Notes under the pieces: model-generated | Database searches by the model: none | What the model was told of the DNA's origin: nothing | The model's input: only the letters and a program-made list of their open reading frames with translations | Program-made: the position numbers and the translations under genes | Shown: in pieces, positions 29,555-40,237 of the stretch | How the letters are laid out: the number at the start of each line of letters is the position of its first letter | Position numbering within the stretch: position 1 is the stretch's first letter | Source of the DNA: Octopus sinensis | Lineage: Eukaryota | NCBI RefSeq assembly: GCF_006345805.1 | Contig: NW_021832586.1 | Span: 21,781-85,780, forward strand | Length of the DNA stretch: 64,000 nt | Direction of reading: 5' to 3'

Positions 29555-30527
29555 CGTAAAGTTGCAGAACGTGTGTGGAGATGAGTGTATGAGCCGTACA
29601 CAAATGTACGAGTGGTTCAGACGTTTTCAAATTGGCTGAAAAAATGTCGATAGCGACGAAAGTTCTGGGAGAGCCGCAACCAGCAGGACTGATAAAAACA
29701 TCGCTGATGTTCGTGCGTGTGTGAGAGGAAATCGTCGAATCACCATCCGTGAATTATCAAAGAATGTGCAGATTAGGTTCAGTTCCTAATCCATGACACT
29801 GAAGATTTGGGCACAAGACGTGCATCTGCCAAGTTTGTGCCAAAACTGCTTACAGTTGGCCAAAAAGACACTCGGATTTCAGTCGCACAAGATCTCCTTA
29901 ATTGTGTCCAGAACGATGAAAACTTTTTGAAAACGGTTTATAACGGTTGATGAATCGTGGATCTGTGGCTATGTACCCGAAACAAAGGCTCAGTCTTCGC
30001 AGGAAGACTCCAACGTCTCCAAGAGCACGAATGAATCGAAGCAATGTGAAGATACTGCTGACCATCTACTTCGACTACAAGGGGATTGTTCATCATGAGC
30101 ATGCTGCTCCTGGACAAACAATAAACAAGGAATACTACGGTGACGTCTCGCGGCATTTCCACGATGCTATCTGTCAGAGAAGGCTACAATTGCATGCGTC
30201 ATGTGAGTGGTAATTGCACTATGACAACGCACCTGCCCATTCAGCGCAGCTTATGCAGAGGTTTTTGGTTAGGCACAGCGTTCCTCAGGTCCGACAGCCA
30301 CCGTATTCTCCAGATCTCGCCCCTAGCGACTTTTTCCTCTTTCCAAATATCAAATCCTGCTTGAAAGAAAGAATACGAAGAGGCAACTGCTGATTATTTC
30401 AGAAAACGAGTGCCAGGGATGCTTCCATCAATGGAATCATCGCTGGATTAAATTGTGGCTTCTGAAGGGGACTAGTGTCCCAAATTTTTATAGCACCAGT
30501 CCGGATACTTATTGATCAAACCTCGTA
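29555..30527 (+). mobile_element. Mariner DNA transposon remnant (transposase pseudogene and right TIR)
   Basis: YEWFRRF (HTH), DESWI..Y.PETK, HYDNAPAH and PPYSPDLAPSDF motifs. Terminus ...TTGATCAAACCTCG then TA. The left end is missing. Confidence 0.85.
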
Positions 30528-31339
30528 TGTATTTTATATGTATGTGCATATGAATATTTGTATGTATATACGTTTGTATGTACGTATGTATAACTATAGT
30601 TACATAACGTAGCAAAGAGACAGGTTCTACAAAGTCACTCGACTTGAGAGAAATATTATCCAGTTATGTATTTATATATATGTCTTTAAAAAGATGATCA
30701 CAGTTAGAGCATGTATTATATGTTAAATCGTAGTTGATGTGGAGCCCAACAACATAAGACGCGCCATTGTGAACACCAGTTTTAAAATTATATCTGAGAA
30801 TGTATCAATTTTAATTTATTCGACAAGCGAATTCTAGAAAATATTTTTCCCAGCGCATCTCCCTCACCATCCTCCGGGGCAACTCCTTTTGCATTTTGTC
30901 TGCTGGACATTAAAAAAGACATTAAAAAAGAATGTTAACTAATGATGTATATGTGAGGATATAATGCGCTTTTTGGTAAAAGAACGGATAGATAAAAATA
31001 ATGAGGCTGAATTTGATGTGTTTACTGGCGACAAAAAAATAAAATCATGATTTCACCAAGATCTCTATAACGACTTTGTTTCTCTCCATTTTGACTTGTT
31101 TGAATGAAGTGTCGCTCGGAAATATGTTTAAAAGACTCTCGTTGACAGATGTGTCAAAAAATATGGCCTACTGTCTTCTTTTGTTGATGACACGGCAATC
31201 TGGCAAGTAAGTCTTTCTAAGCAGGAAGTGGCCATTAACATTGCCGCGCAAATTAGCTATGACAAAGAAATATCAAGAAGTGTGGAAGTTGCCTATTAAA
31301 CGCTGTAAGTGAATAATGTGAGAAACCGCTGAAACAAAT

Positions 31340-31497
31340 CGCGGCTGTGTGGTAAGAAGATTCCTTCTAAATCGCATGGTTCCAAGTCCAATCCCACTGT
31401 GTGGCACCTTGCAAGTGCAGGTGTTTTCTATTATAGCCTCGAGACGCTCAGGGCATTTTGAGTGGATCTGGTGGACGGAAACTAAAAGAAGCCCGTC

Positions 31498-31545
<48 letters not shown>

Positions 31546-31681
31546 TATATATATATTAAAGTAAATAAATGGTATAACGAAGTACCGATATTTACTTTGA
31601 TATGTATAATTGTACCCTTACGGGCTATCTTTTGCTGGAAAGCAATACTGTCGTATTGCATTACTATTTCCACACACACAC

Positions 31682-31757
<76 letters not shown>

Positions 31758-31894
31758 GTAAATAAATGGTATAACGAAGTACCGATATTTACTTTGATAT
31801 GTATAATTGTACCCTTACGGGCTATCTTTTGCTGGAAAGCAATACTGTCGTATTGCATTACTATTTCCACACACACACACACCACACACACACA

Positions 31895-31930
<36 letters not shown>

Positions 31931-32039
31931 GTAAATAATGGTACAACGAAGTACCGATATTTACTTTGATATGTATAATTGTACCCTTACGGGCTATCTT
32001 TTGCTGGAAAGCAATACTGTCGTATTGCATTACTATTTC

Positions 32040-32121
<82 letters not shown>

Positions 32122-32330
32122 TGTGTGATTTGTTTGTTTTTTTCCCGTCACCAGCGCTTGACAACCGGTGCTGGTGTGTTTCCTCCTCGTAACTTAAGCT
32201 ATCATTAAGATATAATAGAATAAGTACCAGGCTTTAAAGAAATTAAGTACTGGGGTTGAATAATTCAAGTAAATATTCTTTATGGCGGTGCCCCTTATGG
32301 CCGCAGTCTAATGACTGAAACATGTAAAAG
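31340..32330 (+). mobile_element. SINE family 1 copy with an expanded central region
   Basis: Head at 31340-31500 and tail at 32120-32330. Confidence 0.7.
31557..32040. repeat. Three near-identical ~114-bp units separated by (CA)n(TA)n
   Basis: TAAAGTAAATAA...CATTACTATTTCC begins at 31557, 31754 and 31927. Confidence 0.92.
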
Positions 32331-32478
32331 CTAATATATCTATTTATCACCCGAAGAGACACATCTATCGGTCGTCGTTTTTTGTTGAACCGCCAGTTCA
32401 CGGGGGCAGACACACCGATATCAGTTATTAAGCGGGTGACAAGAGACACACAAATATATACACACCCTACATATATAT

Positions 32479-32517
<39 letters not shown>

Positions 32518-32704
32518 CTATATATATATGCTCCCGTGAACTGGCGGTTCAACAAAAAACGACCGAAGAATAACTACTCTGCTTGGAAAGAATAATCCCT
32601 GGGGTCAATTTGCTCACACTAAAGGCGGTCCTCCAGCATGACCGCAGTCATGACTAAAACAAGTATAAGAGTATATATATATATATATATTATATATAAT
32701 ATAT

Positions 32705-32935
32705 TGGTAAAAACGGTGAGATAACAAAAGAAAGAAAGAGACCTCACATATATATAAATAAGAGATTTATTCTGTAAAGGTAATATGTGACAATTGTCGC
32801 CAAGATAAATCTCTGATTTCGGATGCCGAGGTGAGAATCCACACCACCATCTCTTTTGTTATCCGGCCATCGGAAAAACGCTATGAAAATGACAACAGAA
32901 GTATGAGACCTCGATATTAGGTAAATAGAAGAATT

Positions 32936-32940
<5 letters not shown>
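32705..32940 (-). mobile_element. Probable Penelope-like terminal-repeat remnant with a decayed hammerhead
   Basis: Homologous to 37262-37460 and lies next to (TA)n. Confidence 0.55.
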
Positions 32941-32969
<29 letters not shown>

Positions 32970-33009
32970 TGTATGTATGTATGTATGTATGTATATGTAT
33001 ATATATATA

Positions 33010-33548
33010 TATATATAAAACTAAGAATGTTTGTCTGTCTGTCTGTGTGTTTCCCTAAAACTTGAGAACTACGCCACCAATTTCATTCAAATTTTACACA
33101 TGCCTTATTTAGGGTCCGGGCAGTGTCATCGGCAAACAAAATGTTTAACTTTTTGCCTAGGGCGAACCCACAGCAATATCATATCTTCTCCACTATTTCA
33201 GTATTACGTGTTAAAAGTGAAACAAAAACATCTCTCTATTTTATGTCAGATACTTTCACTTTAACAATAAAATTAGAGATAATAATAACAATTGATTATA
33301 TGTAGTAAGTAATAATTAAAATCAAACTAAAGTATATATATAATTAAAAATCGTAACATAACAATTAAAAGTAAAAATAGCAATTTGTGTAAAATGCATC
33401 AATGACTTGAACTTGAATAAGTGGTTTCACATGAATGGGAATAAATAAAAAATAAAATTTAAGTGCAGAAATGGAATAGTCCAGATGGAGCTGTGCACAT
33501 ACCCTTTACCACGGCTTTTACATTAGATTATCTGCTAATTAGCTAGTA
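33010..33548 (+). mobile_element. Non-autonomous Helitron-like element
   Basis: Starts TATATATAAAA...(GTCT)n and has a CTAGT at 33543-33547. Assignment rests on architecture only. Confidence 0.45.
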
Positions 33549-33859
33549 TTAAATATCTATAGGAAGTTTGGCTGTATGTAATATCTGTTTTCTTGAACAG
33601 CCGCTTCTACTGAGTATTGCTGTTGGTTTATTTCTGATCCATAAAGGACTATAGCTTCAACTGAGTACTGCTTTTTTGTTGTTATTATCATTACTGTTTA
33701 ACTATTGTTATCACGTTGTTGTGTTGCATTTGTTAAATAATTGTAAACCGTAACCCTTTAGGAGAAGGAACTTTGGTTATTGTTTAAAAACTGAATTGTG
33801 TCCCTGTTTGGGGAAATTGACAATATTTTCATCTTTTATACGGAAGCATTTTTCTTAAA

Positions 33860-34270
33860 ATGTCTTTGATAGAAGAAAGTTCAAAACTGAATTTCGCTGC
33901 AGACGTCGGCGCGGGCGAACTCATTAAAATTAAAATGGAAGAAATACAAACCTATTTCGGATTGATCACCGACAAAGACGGTGAATCAAGGATAACACCA
34001 CCAAACGAAATAAAAAATAAAATTAAAGAAAAGACTATTGTCTATAAAGTATACAATGTAGAGAAAAAAAAAAGATTTGAACACCTGGAGGAAAGCACCA
34101 TTGAAAAGTGTCTTGGTGCGACTATGAAAGATATCAAGTATCTAACCAGAAGCGGTAAATTCGCCACAATAGAAGCAAGGTTCGAGTCAACGGAGCGTGC
34201 AAGGGAGTACTCGACCCGAACCTTGCAAAGTGGAAATATTTTATTTTTTACCTTTATATCTGGGACGTAG
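33860..34270 (+). pseudogene. Truncated ORF, possibly a LINE ORF1 N-terminus
   Basis: 136-aa ATG-initiated ORF of normal composition with an RRM-like alternating pattern. No diagnostic motif. Confidence 0.35.
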
Positions 34271-34533
34271 GACGTCCCGGATAAAAATTTAAAATGCCTC
34301 CCCAGATGTAGAGGTTGGCTTGATTGTAGCCACACTTCTATACAACAGAGAGGACAAGATACAATTGATCGAAATTGCAAGACGGGCCTACAATTCCAGT
34401 CTGTTATATATTTTGAGTATTGTTATCACTAGCGATATCAAGATATAACTTTGTATTTTGTATTTCATGTGTACATGTATATATATAGATGTACATGTAA
34501 TATGTACACATATATATACACATATATACATGT

Positions 34534-34574
34534 ACTAGCACTATGATCCGGCAACGCCGGGTCATAATGCTAGT
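34534..34574. other. 41-bp palindrome resembling a Helitron 3' hairpin plus CTAGT
   Basis: ACTAGCACTATGATCCGGC-AAC-GCCGGGTCATAATGCTAGT: 17 of 19 Watson-Crick pairs plus one G-T. Confidence 0.7.
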
Positions 34575-34616
34575 GTATATATATATATATATATTGAGAA
34601 ATTAGCTACTTCTTTA

Positions 34617-34825
34617 AGGACGGTAAGCTGGCAGAATCGATAGCACGCCGGGTGAAATGCTTAGGGTCATTTCGTCTGCCGTTACGTTCTGAGTTCAAAT
34701 TCCACCGAGACCGACTTTGCGTTTCATCCTTTCTGTGTCGGTCATATAAGTATCAGTTACGCGCTAGTGCGTAATCGATTTAATCCCTTTGTCTTTCCTC
34801 TTTAGCCCCCTGTGAACAATAAAGA
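34617..34825 (+). mobile_element. SINE family 2 copy
   Basis: AGCTGGCAGAATCG...TTCTGAGTTCAAATTCC...TTTCATCCTTTC. Confidence 0.75.
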
Positions 34826-35540
34826 GATAAAAACTTTCTCGTGTTTTTGTAAAATTGTCCATTTGTTCAGTTTTTGATAAATTTATATATATATATATAT
34901 AATAACGCTGATGAATGGATACCTTGATTTAGTAGGATCCTGAAACTTTTGTGCAAATTCTCCAGGTGTACAAAATCCTGGTTTCCCTGTATGGGTTTGG
35001 CGAAAAGTTAAAATATAATCCAAATAAAAAGGCAAAAATATGCTTTCACGCATCTTTAGCGATCAGTTACAATTGTTTCTCTACCATCTGTATTTGCAAC
35101 TCCAATTTACGCAAAAGTTCGAAGTTCGAATGTTACGTAACATTTGCGGTTTTAGACATTATCGTTGTACTTCATCACATTTGCATCAAATGTGCACTCT
35201 AAAAGAAACAAATGATCATTAAAGATATGTTAATGTATTTCTTTGTATTATTATATGGATTATACAAACATACACTTATATGTATATGCATGCATGTATG
35301 CACATATGTGTATGAGTGTATGTATGTATGTTTTAACACGTGTGTTTGTGTGTGTGTCTCAAGTTTGCACAGACGTGTGTACCTGCGTATACGAGTTACT
35401 TACATACATATATTGTATATATTCGTCCATTGGTGTGCGTCTGCGCGTGTATCTAGTTGTATGTAAATACCCATATACTTAGATGTGTGTGTGAGTGCCT
35501 ATGTATATATGTATATATGCATATATCTATATATATATAT

Positions 35541-35575
<35 letters not shown>

Positions 35576-35906
35576 CTCCGGTACACCGGCGATTATAATT
35601 AATTTTATTGTATCGCATTTATCTTTGTTTATATATATATATATATATATATGCATCTAAGCACGAACAAAAAAAGATTTTTCGTCTAAGTATTATCTAC
35701 CTTTCAACTTCTACTTCCTTTTCTTTCTCTTAACAGTTACAATAACGAAAGCTGATTACGTCATTTTCTCTATACTAGAATGTATACTTTCCGCGTTCAG
35801 AATTTATATCATTTTGCGTTTCAATAAGTTTTCTCTGATTTTACTCATTCTCGAATTTGATGGACATAAGCCGTCTCAAGAAATCTCTAGTGATACTTTT
35901 ATCGAT

Positions 35907-35948
35907 GTACCTGAAGAGACCCAGAACAGGTCGAAACATGTGTTGTAC
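35907..35948 (+). ncRNA. Minimal type I hammerhead ribozyme, probably from a Penelope-like terminal repeat
   Basis: GUAC-CUGAAGA-GACC(CAGAACA)GGUC-GAAAC-AUGU-GUU-GUAC, followed by AATAAA at 35951. Confidence 0.75.
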
Positions 35949-36614
35949 CCAATAAAGTCTATTACACATTCCATCTCCTATTTTGTTAATACTGTTAACC
36001 CAGCCGCCTCTACGAAGTCCCAGCAATAAATCTACGGATAACAACAGGTAATTGAATCTGTGCCGGTGTTTTACATATACACGTTTATTAATTCGTTTCG
36101 CAAGATTCCTGATGTGTTCTGGCAATGTCCTTGTGTGTGCATAACCCACATTTTAAAAAAAGATCTATCAACGGTTCATTACGTGCTATAGGCTCGTAAG
36201 GCCGGTTTCCCAGAGTCTGTAGCATCCCCACCAGGACGCGACGCTGGTCCATCGAGAGATTACTTTACTTAAGATACCACAAGTATGTAGAGACAGAATA
36301 GTAAAAATGAGTACATAGGTGTAGACAATATACTGAAAATGACCTATGGTAAATCATAAATAACTGCATTTAAGAAAGAGTCTAGCAAAGATTATTTGGA
36401 ATTTTAAAATACAAAGAGACGATTTAATAAAGCTGACTTTAAATGGCAATGTTACAATTGTTCTTAAGAGAGACATTGCAATACCAAATGACTGTAATAT
36501 TGTGACTGTTAATAAACTAGTCTATTATGGCATTTTTAATTACTAAAACAGAAATGATATACACGTTGTAAAGACATTGACTTATTACATATAAAATTAA
36601 ATGTAGACACAAAC

Positions 36615-37185
36615 ATAGCAGAGTGGTAAGAATCTTGCTTACCAACCACTTTGTTCCGAGTTCAATCGTTGTGCGTGGAACCTTGGCCAAGTGTCTTCTG
36701 CTATAGCCTCGGGCCGACAAAGGCATTGTGAGTGGATTTGATAGACGAAAAATGAGAGAAGCTTGTCGTATATTACTCTTTACTCTTTACTCTTTTACTT
36801 GTTTCAGTCATTTGACTGCGGCCATGCTGGAGCACCGCCTTTAGTCGAGCAAATCGACCCCAGGACTTATTCTTTTGTAAGCCCAGTACTTATTCTATCG
36901 GTCTCTTTTGCCGAACCGCTATGTGACGGGGACATAAACACACCAGCATCGGCTGTCAAGCAATGCTAGGGGGACAAACACAGACACACAAACATACACA
37001 CGCATATACATATATACATATATACGACAGGCTTCTTTCAGTTTCCGTCTACCAAATCCACTCACAAGGCTTTGGTCGGCCCGAGGCTATAGTAGAAGAC
37101 ACTTCCCAAGATGCCACGCAGTGGGACTGAACCCGAACCATGTGGTTGGTTAGCAAGCTACTTACCACAGAGCCACTCCTGCGCC

Positions 37186-37186
<1 letters not shown>
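36615..37186. mobile_element. Inverted pair of SINE family 1 copies (+ head 36615-36775, - full copy 36775-37186)
   Basis: Both are alignable to 29141-29545. Confidence 0.8.
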
Positions 37187-37249
<63 letters not shown>

Positions 37250-37363
37250 GATATATATAATTGTAAAAATGGTAAGATAACAGAAGAAAGAAAGAGACTT
37301 CAATATTTTGTAAATAGAGGAAATTTATCTGTAAATTAATATGTTACCATTATTCAATAGTCA

Positions 37364-37426
37364 AGTTAAAACTCTGAGTTTCGGATGCCGAAGTGGAAAT
37401 CCACAACACCATCTCTTCGGTTATCT
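37364..37426 (-). ncRNA. Hammerhead-like motif with CCGAAGA core, within the repeat at 37262-37460
   Basis: Minus strand reads AGAUAA-CCGAAGA-GAUG...CAUC-C-GAAAC-UCAGA-GUU-UUAACU. Confidence 0.55.
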
Positions 37427-38466
37427 GGCCATCTGAAAAACGCTATGAAAAAATACCGTTATATAAAAGGAAATTACTGTGTTTTAATTCCGCTACTTAT
37501 ATAAATTAAGATTAAAAGTTCATAGTAAACACGTAAACATGGCTACACATACGCTCACATGTGCGCTCCCGCACCCACGTGCGTACTTATACGTCTTCTA
37601 TGAAAACGTACACATCTTCATTCGCATTTTTCGACAAATGTATACGCATATATATACAAACTCATACACACACGCGTACCGTAAAAGTTCATACATACGT
37701 CTATATACGCACGAGCACAAGAAAAAACATGATTAAAGGTAACAAACAGAAAAAACATAAGGAAGTATACAAAGCGTAAAAACCATGTTCATATACGGAC
37801 ATGCCCTTATGCACTCATACACACACACGCCCATATATATACATACCCGCACATATTTATATACGCATACACACACACGCATACACAAAAAAAGAAATAT
37901 TCATATGCCCTCAAAAAACCGAAAAAATTGTAAAAATACTAAGTAAAAACGTCTTAAGGAATTCTTAGCGTACGTTGAGTATAAAACAAATGATAGAGGC
38001 GGAAAACGGAACACACGGGAAACTCTATTGCTCACAACAATCGTTTCAGGACAACCTGCATCAATCTTTTAAGTTGGCTTAAATCTACGGATAATAAGAA
38101 TTTTCTGCATTAAATCCGAGCGAAACAGAGTTCATTTAACTACGTACCTTTTAATACATAAGTTAACGAGACGCTTCTGCACTGAGGTATGCATCACAAC
38201 TAATTGTATAGTTTCTCACCCTCAACGGATCGATGCACGATGTGTCGAAACGATCGTTGTGCGCGATAAAGTTTTCCGTGTATTCCATTTTCCATCTCTA
38301 GTGTTTATTATTATATGTATGTGTGTGTATATGTGTTGATAGACAGATAGATAGATTTATCTATCTATCTATCTATCTTTCTATCTATCTATCTTTCTAT
38401 CTATCTATCTTTCTAACTATCTATCTAATAATAATAATAATGATGATAATAATAATGATAATAATA

Positions 38467-38526
<60 letters not shown>

Positions 38527-38591
38527 TAAAAATAATAATAATAATAATAGTGATAATGATAATAATAATAATAGTAATAATAATAATGATG

Positions 38592-38654
<63 letters not shown>

Positions 38655-38903
38655 TAATAATAATAATAATAACAATATAATAATAAGATTATATAGGACT
38701 GAGGTAACTCCTCCAGAAGTTATAGAGAAATAAATAGAATAGTGCCATAGTTATCATGTGAAATAGGTTGAACGACATTTCGGCATCTAGCGTGCCTTCC
38801 ACTGGTTCCAAAATTGCATGTCAGTCTACTTCAGTTTTATTAAAAGAAATATCGGTTCAAGTAATTTTACATGATATCTATGGCACACATCTATTTATTT
38901 TTC

Positions 38904-38971
<68 letters not shown>

Positions 38972-38972
<1 letters not shown>

Positions 38973-39810
38973 TATTATCTCCATCTACTCGATATTATCC
39001 CCACCTACTCGATATTATCTCCACCTCTAACACAACACATGTAAACATGCGTGGAACATCACGATCATCCCCGACCTCAAACACCATGTACAAAGGAACT
39101 ACGAAGAAATTAAATGCCACCGATACTATTCAACCCAAGAATAACAATCGAGCGGTACGTACATTAAACTTACAACACAAAATGTACGAAAAACTACACG
39201 TGCGAAATAATGTGACAACAGAAATAAACAGACCGGTACCCTACGAAAATGACGACCGTCAAAATAATGGGCCAGACGTTGTACCTCATGTCCCGCAAAT
39301 AAAACCCAAAAGACGTAAATGGACACGTGAGGAATACATTTCTATCTTACACGCATACTTCACAGCAATGCTCTACCCAAAAAATGAAAATACAACATCA
39401 CATACATATAAAATATGGAAGGAAAATAATAGAGATATAGACTTGGATACAGCAATGAACCCTAATAAATTAGCTAACGTCCGAAGATACATTCTCAAAG
39501 CCAAAAAAATATCAGAAATAGAAATAGAACATTTAACTAGAATGTGGAATCTGAAAACAGAAACAATTCCTATCATAGTAGGTGCATTAGGCATGATAAA
39601 AAAATATTCAGACAAATACATAACAAAAACACCAGGACTTACAAACACATATAACATACAGAAAATTGCACTACTAGGCAGCACACATCCTACGCAGAAC
39701 ACTTTCCATACAATAACCATCAGAGCATCACAACAAATCACAGCACATACCCAAGGCACACAGAGCTGCGCTCGGTAGTGAAGTGAAAGCACGCTATAAA
39801 AATAAAACTA

Positions 39811-39814
<4 letters not shown>
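38972..39814 (+). mobile_element. Short internally deleted family-A Dong element (5' region fused to 3' end)
   Basis: 39007-39533 matches the reverse complement of about 62535-63071. 39534-39814 matches the family-A 3' end. Confidence 0.88.
39047..39778 (+). CDS. Fusion ORF: Dong N-terminal Myb-like domain plus RLE C-terminal tail
   Basis: Open frame MRGTS...KRRKWTREEY...NKLANVRRYILKAKKISEIEIEHL|TRMWNLKTETIPIIVGALG. Expression unknown. Confidence 0.5.
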   Translation: MRGTSRSSPTSNTMYKGTTKKLNATDTIQPKNNNRAVRTLNLQHKMYEKLHVRNNVTTEINRPVPYENDDRQNNGPDVVPHVPQIKPKRRKWTREEYISILHAYFTAMLYPKNENTTSHTYKIWKENNRDIDLDTAMNPNKLANVRRYILKAKKISEIEIEHLTRMWNLKTETIPIIVGALGMIKKYSDKYITKTPGLTNTYNIQKIALLGSTHPTQNTFHTITIRASQQITAHTQGTQSCAR

Positions 39815-39888
<74 letters not shown>

Positions 39889-39889
39889 T

Positions 39890-40186
39890 CAGAGACAATG
39901 CCTGAATGGCTAACGAAGGGGAAAACCATCTTAATTCCCAAATCAAATGAGACAGCAAAACCAGAAAACTACAGACCAATAACCTGTCTCCCTACAATGT
40001 ACAAGGCATTTACTGCAGTGATATCTACTGAATAATAATATAATAATAATAATAATAAAATAATAATAATAATAATAATAATCATAATAATAATAAAATA
40101 TAATAATAACAACAATAATAATAATAATAATAATAATAATGATAAAAATAATAATAATAATAATAATAAAAATAATAATAATAATA

Positions 40187-40237
<51 letters not shown>

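Noticed and set aside
34908-34955. CTGATGA...GAAAC hammerhead candidate
   Set aside because: No stem I pairing and no valid NUH site, so at best a decayed copy.
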